This document shows positions 49,677 to 58,272 of a DNA stretch of 64,000 nucleotides, one piece after another; the stretch's first letter is position 1, and each line of letters begins with the position of its first letter. The notes below the pieces were generated by a model that saw only the letters and a program-made list of their open reading frames with translations, had not been told where the DNA came from and searched no databases. The translations under genes and the position numbers were made by a program. Location of the stretch: assembly GCA_947447975.1 (NCBI GenBank), contig CANFLU010000004.1:16595-80594 (forward strand). The letters run 5' to 3'. The DNA is from Comamonadaceae bacterium. Its GTDB lineage: Bacteria; Pseudomonadota; Gammaproteobacteria; Burkholderiales; Burkholderiaceae_C.

Positions 49677-50627
49677 ATGTCGACCCGCTTTTACAATCTC
49701 CCCGTGTTACAACAAAGAACCCTGACGTCACTTACCCGCGCCGTTGGCGTGGGCCTGCACAGTGGCCAGCGCGTGGAAATCACCTTGCGTCCGGCGGCGC
49801 CAGATACGGGCATTGTGTTTCGGCGCGTGGACTTACCCCACCCCGTCGATATCGCGGTATCGCCGCAGGCGGTCACCGATACCCGACTGGCTTCCACCTT
49901 GTCTAACGGTGACGCCAAAGTGCATACCGTCGAGCACCTGATGTCGGCCTGCGCCGGTTTGGGTGTGGACAATATGTACGTCGATATCAATGCCGAAGAA
50001 GTTCCCATCCTGGACGGCTCGGCAGCATCTTTTGTTTTTCTGCTGCAAAGCGCAGGCATCGAAATGCAAAATGTGGCGCGCCGCTTTATCCGCGTCAAAG
50101 CGCCCATCTCGGTACAACACGGCCAAGGCGCCGATCTCAAATGGGCGACTTTAGAGCCCTACCATGGCTTTAAGCTCAGCTTTGCCATCGACTTTGCGCA
50201 CCCGGCTGTGGACTCCACTGGGCAAAGTGTGGACTTTGACTTAAGCCAGGGCTCTTATGCACGCGATATTGCGCGGGCACGCACCTTTGGCTTTACCAAA
50301 GATGTGGAAATGATGCGCCAAAACGGCCTGGCTTTGGGTGGCGGCCTGGACAATGCCATCGTGATGGACGACTATAAAGTGCTCAATTCCGATGGCCTGC
50401 GCTATGACGATGAATTCGTGAAACACAAAATTTTGGACGCTATGGGTGACCTGTATTTGTTAGGGTTGCCCCTGCTCGCCCATTACCGTGCCCACCGCAG
50501 CGGCCACGCGCTGAACAACCAGTTGCTGCGACAGCTGCAAGCGCAGCCGCAGGACTGGGAAGTGGTGACTTTTGACGATGCGCGCAGCGCGCCCAAGGGT
50601 TTTGCGCAATTAGCGCCCGCTTGGTAA
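49677..50627 (+). CDS. lpxC: UDP-3-O-acyl-N-acetylglucosamine deacetylase
   Basis: Contains [29 protein letters not shown] and [10 protein letters not shown]. The in-frame GTG at 49704 matches the E. coli N-terminus better and may be the true start. Confidence 0.95.
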   Translation: MSTRFYNLPVLQQRTLTSLTRAVGVGLHSGQRVEITLRPAAPDTGIVFRRVDLPHPVDIAVSPQAVTDTRLASTLSNGDAKVHTVEHLMSACAGLGVDNMYVDINAEEVPILDGSAASFVFLLQSAGIEMQNVARRFIRVKAPISVQHGQGADLKWATLEPYHGFKLSFAIDFAHPAVDSTGQSVDFDLSQGSYARDIARARTFGFTKDVEMMRQNGLALGGGLDNAIVMDDYKVLNSDGLRYDDEFVKHKILDAMGDLYLLGLPLLAHYRAHRSGHALNNQLLRQLQAQPQDWEVVTFDDARSAPKGFAQLAPAW

Positions 50628-50653
50628 ATCGCCCTTCATGTGCAGCCGAAGTC

Positions 50654-51196
50654 TCAGTGGCTGCGGCCCGATTTGTAACCCGCTCCCGCTCCAATGCCCT
50701 GCGCTTTGGCAATACGTGCCATAGCCGCACCGGCATGGGCATGGGTAATGGCCAAACCCAAAGCGTCGGCGGCATCGGGGCCGGGCAGTCCCGGCAGGTC
50801 TAACAAGCGGCGCACCATCTCGCGGATTTGCATTTTGTCGGCACGACCATATGCGGCCACCGCTTGCTTCATTTGCAAAGCCGTGTATTCGGCCACCGGC
50901 AATTGGGCATGGACCAAGGCACTGATCAAGGCCCCGCGCGCCTGGCCTAGCAGCAACGTGGACTGCGGGTTGACATTCACAAACACGATTTCCACCGCTG
51001 CGCAATCGGGCTGGTAACGTTGCACCACTTCGGCTAAACCGTCAAACAAGGCCCGGATGCGATCCGGCAAAGCCTGGCTGGCCAGACCTTGGGTGCTGAT
51101 GGTGCCGCTGGCCACATAACGCAGGCTGCTGCCTTGCTGGTCCAGCACGCCAAAACCGGTAGTGCGCAAGCCGGGATCGACACCCAGAATTCTCAT
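50654..51196 (-). CDS. ruvC: crossover junction endodeoxyribonuclease RuvC
   Basis: [18 protein letters not shown]... with the conserved catalytic acidic residues. Confidence 0.95.
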   Translation of the reverse strand: MRILGVDPGLRTTGFGVLDQQGSSLRYVASGTISTQGLASQALPDRIRALFDGLAEVVQRYQPDCAAVEIVFVNVNPQSTLLLGQARGALISALVHAQLPVAEYTALQMKQAVAAYGRADKMQIREMVRRLLDLPGLPGPDAADALGLAITHAHAGAAMARIAKAQGIGAGAGYKSGRSH

Positions 51197-51999
51197 GGCG
51201 AGGGGGCACCCGGCAGACGGGCATCGGGCATGCGGGCGACGATCACGTTGGCACGTGCGTTCAGGTATTCGGAATTGGGCAGTTTTTCAAAATGGCGCGG
51301 CCTGGGCAACATGACGGCCAAGCGCGCCGCCTCCCAGGGACTCAGTTGCGCGGCCGATTTGCGGAAATAGTGGCGCGCAGCCGCTTCCGCGCCAAACACG
51401 CCATCGCCCCATTCCACGCTATTGAGGTAGATCTCCAAAATACGTTGCTTACTGAGCAACTTTTCCATCAGCAGGGTGATGACCATTTCCTGGGCTTTGC
51501 GCACCAAGCTGCGTTCGCCAGACAAAAACAAATTTTTGGCCAACTGCTGGCTGATGGTCGAGCCGCCGACCACTTTCACCGGAGGGGCTTCGCGGCCATT
51601 TTTGGCTTTGGCCGCACGCTGCGCGGCGCGCTCTTCGGCCTTGGTATTTTTGGACCAGGCTTTCTCCAATGCCACCCAGTCAATGCCATCGTGGCTGGCA
51701 AAGCTGTCGTCCTCAGAAGCAATCACCGCGCGTTTGAGCGACTGTCCCAGTCGCGCATCATCCTGCCAGCGCTGGCTCCAGTGCACATTGTCTTGCTCTT
51801 GTAATTGCCGCCAGACTTGCGAGCGTTCAAAGCTGGTGGACTGCGGATCGATCCAAACCATCGCCGCAATGCGCAACGCGAAATACAGTTGCAAACCCAG
51901 AACCGCCAGGCACAGCAAACCGAATAATCGCAACAAAGCCATCAGGCAAGCCCCAAGGCCTGGGCGCGTAAGCCGCCACGGCGGGTGAACGAAAAGCAC
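51193..51999 (-). CDS. mtgA: monofunctional biosynthetic peptidoglycan transglycosylase
   Basis: GT51 motifs ([35 protein letters not shown]). The start may be an internal Met (MALLRLF). Confidence 0.92.
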   Translation of the reverse strand: MLFVHPPWRLTRPGLGACLMALLRLFGLLCLAVLGLQLYFALRIAAMVWIDPQSTSFERSQVWRQLQEQDNVHWSQRWQDDARLGQSLKRAVIASEDDSFASHDGIDWVALEKAWSKNTKAEERAAQRAAKAKNGREAPPVKVVGGSTISQQLAKNLFLSGERSLVRKAQEMVITLLMEKLLSKQRILEIYLNSVEWGDGVFGAEAAARHYFRKSAAQLSPWEAARLAVMLPRPRHFEKLPNSEYLNARANVIVARMPDARLPGAPSP

Positions 52000-52023
52000 G
52001 CCGCCACTTGCGCATGCAAGGTC

Positions 52024-54093
52024 TTAGGCGGGGTCCGGGGTATCCAGTACATCGACAGCAATGGTAATCGGGCCGACCAAGTCGTCTTCGTCCTCGCCCT
52101 GCGCGCCCGGCGCAAGCGCTGCAGCATCGCCTGGGTCACCTGCCTCCTGCGGGCTATCCAGGCGTTCGAGCACGGTAGCTGGCACATCCAGGGTCATCAG
52201 GTCCACCGCACCCAGGCGCACACGCACCTGCGCGCCGCGCGGCAGCCCCGGGCCAGCGGCGATGGCCAGCACCAGCGGCAAGTCATTGGCACGCGCCAGA
52301 CCATCTTTGATCACCGTGGCAAGCAGCTCGGTCGTGGCATTTTGAAGTAGGTATTGCAAAGTCCAAAAGCGCTCCATCGCTGCCTGGTAGCTGTTGTAAG
52401 CGGCGTAGGTGGCCTCGAAGGCGGAAATAATGGAAAACAGTTGTGCGTCTTTGGGCTTAAAGGGCGCCGCCAGCGCCGCCGTGCTGCCATGGCGCACACA
52501 GGCAATGATTTGCCATTGGTTCACCAAATCGGTGTAGCGGCGCAGCGGCGAGGTGCTCCAGGCGTAGCTGGGGACGCCAATGCCGGCATGCGGCAAGGCC
52601 TTGGTGCCCATGCGCACCTTGACGCCCGGCGCCATCGACGCCTGGCTGCGGTAAATCGCCGGCACGCCCAAGCTGGCCAGCCATTGGCCCCAGGTGCTAT
52701 TGGCCAAAATCATGGCCTCGGCCACGATCAGGTCCAGCGGCGCGCCGCGCAGGCGTACGCTGATCTGCACAGTCTCATCGCCCACGGGCTCTGCGGCCTG
52801 TAAGTCGGGCAAGCGGAAGTTGTAGTCGGGTCGGTTGAAACTTTCGGGCTTGCCGCGCACGACTTCGCGTCTGGCTTTATGCGCACAGGCAAAGCGGTGC
52901 AAAAAGGCCAGCTGTGCATGCAAAGCCGTGGCGGCTACCCGCTGGCTATCAGCACTTTCATGGAAGGGGGCTTGCGCCGCTTGCAACCAATCCTCAGTGA
53001 CCAGGCTGTCGAGCTGGTCGTGGCGCAGGTTGTGGCTGATGGGCACGCTTTCGATGCGGGTTTCGGTATGGTGTATTTCAAGGCTCTGCTCATCGATGGT
53101 GACATAAAGCGAGAGCGCCGGGCAGTTGCGCCCTTGCTGCAAGGTGTAGACCTGTACCAGCGCATCGGGCAGCATGGTGAGCTTGTAGCCCGGCATATAC
53201 ACTGTCGACAAGCGGTGACGGCCCAGGCGGTCGATATCGCTATCGGGCGCAATGGCCAGGCCGGGGGCCGCAATATGCACACCGATAGTGACCGCGCCAC
53301 TACCCAAACCCTGCACCGACAATGCGTCGTCGATTTCCGTGGTGGCCGAATCATCAATAGAAAAGGCGGCCACTGGTGCCAGCGGTAAATCGTCCGCAGC
53401 AGGGACTGCGGCGATGGCAGGAAAAGCCGTTCCCTGCGGAAAGTTTTCCAGTAAAAAGCGCTTCCAATGGAACTGGTAAGGTGAATCAATCGCGCCGCTG
53501 GCCAGCAGCAAATCCAGCGGCGCCGTGTGGCTATCGCGCGAGGCCTGCACCACGGCTTTGTATTCGGGCGCATTTTTATCGGGCTTAAACAAAATCTTGT
53601 AAAGCTGCGCGCGCACCGGCGGGGGGCATTGACCTTCGGCTAGCTCGCGCGCCCATTGCGCGATCAACTCGGCTTGCAGACGTTTCTTTTCAATTGCCGC
53701 CAAGGCTTGGGCCACGATGTCAGCGGGCGCTTTACGGAACATACCTTTACCCGCACGACGGAAATAATGCGGCGCCTCAAACAAACGCATCAGCATGCCC
53801 GCCTGCTCGAGTACGCTAGCTTTGTCGCTGAAATAGTCGCGCGCCAGCGCTGCAAAACCAAAATCGCCTTCGGGAGCAAACTCCCAGGCCAACTCCAATT
53901 CCACCGATTGGCTGAGGGCAAGGGCCTGCTCCATAAATTGCGCGGGCGCGGGTTTGTCAAAACGCAGCATCACATTGGCGGCTTTGACCTTGAGGCGTTT
54001 GCCGCTGTCAAGCTCCACTTGCGCCGAGGCTTCGCTTTCGGACAGGAGCCTTGCGGCCATGAATTTTCCAGCTTCATCAAACATCAGGTACAT
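52024..54093 (-). CDS. RNB-domain exoribonuclease (RNase II/R family)
   Basis: RNB catalytic region (IDDSATTEIDDALS, HAGIGVPSYAWSTSPLRRYTDLVNQ). Start set at ATG 54093 (MYLMFDEAGKFMAARLL). Confidence 0.85.
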   Translation of the reverse strand: MYLMFDEAGKFMAARLLSESEASAQVELDSGKRLKVKAANVMLRFDKPAPAQFMEQALALSQSVELELAWEFAPEGDFGFAALARDYFSDKASVLEQAGMLMRLFEAPHYFRRAGKGMFRKAPADIVAQALAAIEKKRLQAELIAQWARELAEGQCPPPVRAQLYKILFKPDKNAPEYKAVVQASRDSHTAPLDLLLASGAIDSPYQFHWKRFLLENFPQGTAFPAIAAVPAADDLPLAPVAAFSIDDSATTEIDDALSVQGLGSGAVTIGVHIAAPGLAIAPDSDIDRLGRHRLSTVYMPGYKLTMLPDALVQVYTLQQGRNCPALSLYVTIDEQSLEIHHTETRIESVPISHNLRHDQLDSLVTEDWLQAAQAPFHESADSQRVAATALHAQLAFLHRFACAHKARREVVRGKPESFNRPDYNFRLPDLQAAEPVGDETVQISVRLRGAPLDLIVAEAMILANSTWGQWLASLGVPAIYRSQASMAPGVKVRMGTKALPHAGIGVPSYAWSTSPLRRYTDLVNQWQIIACVRHGSTAALAAPFKPKDAQLFSIISAFEATYAAYNSYQAAMERFWTLQYLLQNATTELLATVIKDGLARANDLPLVLAIAAGPGLPRGAQVRVRLGAVDLMTLDVPATVLERLDSPQEAGDPGDAAALAPGAQGEDEDDLVGPITIAVDVLDTPDPA

Positions 54094-54142
54094 GGTCAGA
54101 TTGTCCCATGGCGCCCCGCAAGGGCGGCGCGATAATCGAGCC

Positions 54143-55297
54143 ATGTCCACTTCCTTTGGCAAAGTACCGCTGCGCAATCGCTTGATGCCTTTGTGGGCGG
54201 GCCTGGACGGGCCACTGGCTTTTATTGTTTTTTGCCTCGCATGCGCCGGTATGCTGGTGATGTATTCCTCAGGCTACGACTTTGGCAGCCGTTTTTCCGA
54301 CCATGTACGCAATATGCTGATTGCCGCCACGGTGATGTTTGTGGCAGCACAAATTCCACCGCAACGCTTGATGACACTAGCCGTGCCGCTGTACACCTTG
54401 GGTGTGGCACTCTTGCTCGCCGTAGCAATTTTTGGTGTCACCAAAAAAGGCGCACGCCGTTGGCTCAATATCGGCGTGGTAATTCAGCCCAGTGAGATTT
54501 TGAAAATTGCCATGCCCTTGATGTTGGCCTGGTGGTTCCAAAAGCGCGAGGGCCAATTGCGCTCCTTGGACTTTGCGGTGGCCGGGGTACTGCTGGTCGT
54601 GCCTGTGGGCTTGATCATCCGTCAGCCGGATCTGGGAACGGCCATGCTGGTATTGGTGGCAGGCTTGTCGGTGATTTTTTTCGCGGGCGTGGGGTGGAAA
54701 TGGATTGCGCCACCCGTGGTGTTGGGGCTGGTGGGTGTGGTGTTGCTGATTGGGTTTGAACCGGTGCTCTGCGCCGACGGTATGCGCTGGCCCGTCTTGC
54801 ACGACTACCAACAACAACGCATCTGCACCCTGCTAGACCCGACCCGCGACCCCCTAGGCAAGGGTTTTCACATCATCCAGGGCATGATTGGAATCGGAGC
54901 CGGTGGCTTTTGGGGCACCGGCTTTATGCAGGGCACGCAAACGCATCTGGAATTTATCCCCGAACGCACCACCGACTTCATCTTTGCCGCATTTTCTGAA
55001 GAGTTCGGTCTGTTTGGCAATCTGTTTCTCGTGGCCGGCTTTATTGCACTGATCTTGCGCGGCCTGGCGATTGCGCTGGAGGCGCCGACCCTGTTTTCGC
55101 GCCTGCTAGCGGGCAGCGTAGCCATGATTTTTTTCACCTACGCGTTTGTCAACATGGCCATGGTCAGCGGCATCCTGCCAGTAGTGGGTGTGCCCCTGCC
55201 CTTTATCAGCTACGGTGGCACCGCCATGGTGACCTTGGGTTTTGCCTGCGGCATCCTGATGTCCATCTCCAACGCGCGGCGCTTAGTGCAGTCCTGA
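54143..55297 (+). CDS. rodA: peptidoglycan glycosyltransferase RodA (SEDS family)
   Basis: Contains IQPSEILKIAMP, RQPDLGTA, PERTTDFIFA and LPFISYGGT. Start set at ATG 54143 (MSTSFGK), because the ORF-track start 53954 is antisense to the RNB gene. Confidence 0.9.
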   Translation: MSTSFGKVPLRNRLMPLWAGLDGPLAFIVFCLACAGMLVMYSSGYDFGSRFSDHVRNMLIAATVMFVAAQIPPQRLMTLAVPLYTLGVALLLAVAIFGVTKKGARRWLNIGVVIQPSEILKIAMPLMLAWWFQKREGQLRSLDFAVAGVLLVVPVGLIIRQPDLGTAMLVLVAGLSVIFFAGVGWKWIAPPVVLGLVGVVLLIGFEPVLCADGMRWPVLHDYQQQRICTLLDPTRDPLGKGFHIIQGMIGIGAGGFWGTGFMQGTQTHLEFIPERTTDFIFAAFSEEFGLFGNLFLVAGFIALILRGLAIALEAPTLFSRLLAGSVAMIFFTYAFVNMAMVSGILPVVGVPLPFISYGGTAMVTLGFACGILMSISNARRLVQS

Positions 55298-55323
55298 AGT
55301 AGCGGGATAGAGCGCGCGTCGCC

Positions 55324-55349
55324 GGCCTTGCCCCGGACATGGCAAGGCC
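55324..55349 (+). terminator. perfect 9-bp GC-rich hairpin after rodA (GGCCTTGCC-8nt-GGCAAGGCC), no U-tract
   Basis: Read directly from the sequence, 27 nt after the rodA stop. Without a T-run it is not a canonical intrinsic terminator. Confidence 0.35.
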
Positions 55350-55374
55350 ATGCCACGCCGCCTAGAATGCTGCG

Positions 55375-56835
55375 ATGATCTCTCGCGAACCCACCCTCGA
55401 ACGCTTGGCCACGGCCAAATCCCTGTTGCTTACGCCTTTCGGCCTGGACGAAGGGCACCTGAGCCGCGCATTGGCGGAAATCAAAGCGCATAAAGTGGAC
55501 GAAGCGGACCTGTATTTTCAATACACCCGCTCTGAGGGTTGGAGCTTGGAGGAAGGCATTGTCAAAACCGGCTCATTCAGCATTGACCAGGGCGTGGGCG
55601 TACGCGCCGTCAGCGGCGAGAAAACCGCTTTTGCCTATTCCGACGATATTTCCGAAGCTGCGCTGCTCGATGCCGCGCGCACGGTGCGCAGTATTTCGCA
55701 AGCGGCCAGCCAGCGCCGTATCGGCGTGAGCAAACCCAAGATTGCGCGCAGTCGCTCGCTCTACCCCGACCAGGACCCGATCGCCACCATGGACAGCGCC
55801 GCCAAAGTGGCTTTGCTCGGGCGGGTGGAAAAACTGGCCCGCGCCAAAGACCCACGGGTCTTGCAAGTAATGGCCGGCCTGGCCATGGAATACGACGTGG
55901 TGCTGGTGGCGCGTGCCGACGGTGTGCTAGCGGCCGATGTGCGGCCCTTGGTGCGCTTATCGGTGACCGTGATTGCGGAGCAAAAAGGCCGGCGCGAGGT
56001 AGGCTCCTCTGGCGGAGGCGGACGTTTTGGTCTGGCCTATTTTGACGACGCGCAAATCAGCAAGTACGTGGACCAGGCGGTGCATGCGGCGCTCACTAAT
56101 TTGGAGGCGCGCCCCGCACCGGCCGGTGAAATGACGGTGGTGCTGGGCTCGGGTTGGCCGGGCATTTTGTTGCACGAAGCCATTGGACACGGCTTGGAAG
56201 GCGACTTCAACCGCAAGGGCTCCAGCGCATTTAGCGGCCGCGTAGGCCAGCGCGTGGCGGCCAAAGGCGTCACGGTCTTGGACGACGGCACCATGGCCGA
56301 CCGGCGTGGTTCGCTCAATGTTGATGACGAAGGCAACACCAGCGCGCGTAACGTCCTGATCGAGGACGGCATCCTCAAAGGCTATATCCAGGACGCCATG
56401 AATGCGCGCCTGATGGGCGTGGCGCCCACTGGCAACGGGCGGCGTGAAAGCTATGCCCATGTGCCCATGCCGCGCATGACCAACACCTATATGCTGGGCG
56501 GCGACAAAGCGCCCGAAGAGATCGTGCGCAGCATTAAAAAAGGACTGTACGCGGTCAATTTCGGTGGCGGACAGGTAGACATTACCTCGGGCAAATTTGT
56601 GTTCTCGGCCAGCGAAGCCTACTGGGTGGAAAACGGAAAAATTTTGTATCCTGTCAAAGGTGCGACGCTGGTTGGCAGCGGGCCAGACTGCTTGAAGCGT
56701 GTCAGCCTGATCGGCAATGACATGGCCCTGGACAGCGGTGTAGGTACCTGCGGCAAAGACGGACAAAGCGTGCCTGTGGGCGTGGGCCAACCCACTTTAC
56801 GTATCGACGGCCTGACCGTAGGTGGCACCGCCTGA
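55375..56835 (+). CDS. tldD: metalloprotease TldD
   Basis: Contains DLYFQYTRSEGWSLEEGIVKTGSFSIDQGVGVRA and HEAIGHGLEGD (the HExxxH motif). Confidence 0.95.
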   Translation: MISREPTLERLATAKSLLLTPFGLDEGHLSRALAEIKAHKVDEADLYFQYTRSEGWSLEEGIVKTGSFSIDQGVGVRAVSGEKTAFAYSDDISEAALLDAARTVRSISQAASQRRIGVSKPKIARSRSLYPDQDPIATMDSAAKVALLGRVEKLARAKDPRVLQVMAGLAMEYDVVLVARADGVLAADVRPLVRLSVTVIAEQKGRREVGSSGGGGRFGLAYFDDAQISKYVDQAVHAALTNLEARPAPAGEMTVVLGSGWPGILLHEAIGHGLEGDFNRKGSSAFSGRVGQRVAAKGVTVLDDGTMADRRGSLNVDDEGNTSARNVLIEDGILKGYIQDAMNARLMGVAPTGNGRRESYAHVPMPRMTNTYMLGGDKAPEEIVRSIKKGLYAVNFGGGQVDITSGKFVFSASEAYWVENGKILYPVKGATLVGSGPDCLKRVSLIGNDMALDSGVGTCGKDGQSVPVGVGQPTLRIDGLTVGGTA

Positions 56836-56878
56836 GACCGCAAGTCTGCGCAAGCGCTGCTGTGTTACATTCATGCCC

Positions 56879-56947
56879 ATGAAATTTCAGTGCTTTTACT
56901 TTAGCTACTTTTGGTTCTCCAACGCCCCCGGCGTGAGAGGGTTCTGA
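56879..56947 (+). CDS. putative aromatic-amino-acid leader peptide (22 codons; in-frame alternative ATG at 56873)
   Basis: My own translation gives MKFQCFYFSYFWFSNAPGVRGF*. Eight of residues 3-13 are Phe/Tyr/Trp. The ORF is followed by an intrinsic terminator and then the DAHP synthase gene. It is too short to appear in the ORF track. Confidence 0.6.
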   Translation: MKFQCFYFSYFWFSNAPGVRGF

Positions 56948-56983
56948 ACGCAAGCAGTTAAACAGCGTACCGAATTCCCCGAA

Positions 56984-57009
56984 CCGCCGGCCTCCCCGGC
57001 GGTTTTTTT
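56984..57009 (+). terminator. rho-independent terminator / attenuator: CCGCCGG-CCTCC-CCGGCGG followed by T7
   Basis: A 7-bp all-GC stem, a 5-nt loop and a run of seven T. It sits 37 nt after the leader ORF stop and 41 nt before the DAHP synthase ATG. Confidence 0.8.
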
Positions 57010-57050
57010 ATGTCTTGATTTTTTGAACCAACTGCAAGAGGAAATCCGCA

Positions 57051-58154
57051 ATGACCGCCAGCGCCGACCGTACCAGCATTACCGACGACGAACGTATCAA
57101 GGACATTACCGTGCTGCCGCCCCCTGAACATTTAATCCGCTTTTTCCCCATTAGCGGCACGCCGGTGGAAGGCCTAGTCTCCTCCACCCGCAAGCGCATT
57201 CAAAACATCATGAACGGAAAAGATGACCGCCTGCTGGTCATCATCGGCCCCTGCTCCATCCACGACCCCGCAGCTGCGCTGGACTATGCCAAACGGCTGA
57301 AAGAACAGCGTGACCGTTATGCCGACACCTTGGAAATCGTGATGCGGGTGTACTTTGAAAAACCCCGCACCACCGTAGGGTGGAAGGGCCTGATCAATGA
57401 CCCCTATTTGGACGAGAGCTTTCGTATCGACGAAGGCCTGCGCATCGCGCGCCAGTTGCTGATTGACATCAACCGCATCGGACTGCCCGCAGGCAGCGAG
57501 TTTTTAGACGTTATTTCACCCCAATACCTGGGCGACCTGATAGCCTGGGGCGCTATTGGTGCGCGTACTACCGAAAGTCAGGTGCACCGGGAGCTGGCCT
57601 CGGGCCTGTCTGCCCCTATTGGCTTTAAAAATGGCACCGATGGCAACATCAAAATCGCCACTGATGCGATCCAGGCAGCTGCCGGTGGGCATCACTTTTT
57701 ATCGGTACACAAAAACGGCCAAGTGGCGATTGTGCAAACCCAGGGCAACCCGGATTGCCACGTGATTTTGCGCGGTGGCAAGGCGCCCAACTACGACGCA
57801 AAAAGCGTGGACAGCGCATGCCAGGATCTGGCCAAAGCAGGGCTGCCACCCAGCTTGATGGTGGACTGCAGCCATGCCAACAGCAGCAAGCAGCACCAAA
57901 AGCAGTTGGACGTAGCAAAAGATATCGCCGGCCAGCTAGCACAAGGTTCGACCCGAATTTTTGGCGTGATGGTGGAGAGCCATTTGAACGCCGGGGCGCA
58001 AAAGTTCACACCTGGCAAAGACCCAGTGGCCGGTCTGCAGTACGGGCAAAGCATCACCGACGCCTGCCTAGGCTGGGACGATTCGATCAGCAGCCTAGAG
58101 ACCCTGTCGCAATCGGTGAAAGCGCGGCGCGTGCGCCGCAGTACCGCGACCTAA
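57051..58154 (+). CDS. 3-deoxy-7-phosphoheptulonate (DAHP) synthase, class I-alpha (AroF/G/H type)
   Basis: Contains DDRLLVIIGPCSIHDP, VMRVYFEKPRTTVGWKGLINDP, AIGARTTESQVHRELASGLS and MVDCSHANS. The feedback isozyme cannot be assigned from sequence by eye. SD is GAGGAA. Confidence 0.95.
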   Translation: MTASADRTSITDDERIKDITVLPPPEHLIRFFPISGTPVEGLVSSTRKRIQNIMNGKDDRLLVIIGPCSIHDPAAALDYAKRLKEQRDRYADTLEIVMRVYFEKPRTTVGWKGLINDPYLDESFRIDEGLRIARQLLIDINRIGLPAGSEFLDVISPQYLGDLIAWGAIGARTTESQVHRELASGLSAPIGFKNGTDGNIKIATDAIQAAAGGHHFLSVHKNGQVAIVQTQGNPDCHVILRGGKAPNYDAKSVDSACQDLAKAGLPPSLMVDCSHANSSKQHQKQLDVAKDIAGQLAQGSTRIFGVMVESHLNAGAQKFTPGKDPVAGLQYGQSITDACLGWDDSISSLETLSQSVKARRVRRSTAT

Positions 58155-58272
58155 ATACCGCCAGGGAAGGCTCCGCGGGGACGAAGCCGCACCATGGCGT
58201 ATTGCGCACCAGCGCTTTTCTGAGGGCTGGTGCCAGGGTGGTGGGCGGCGCGGGCAGAACCCGCCATTGCCC

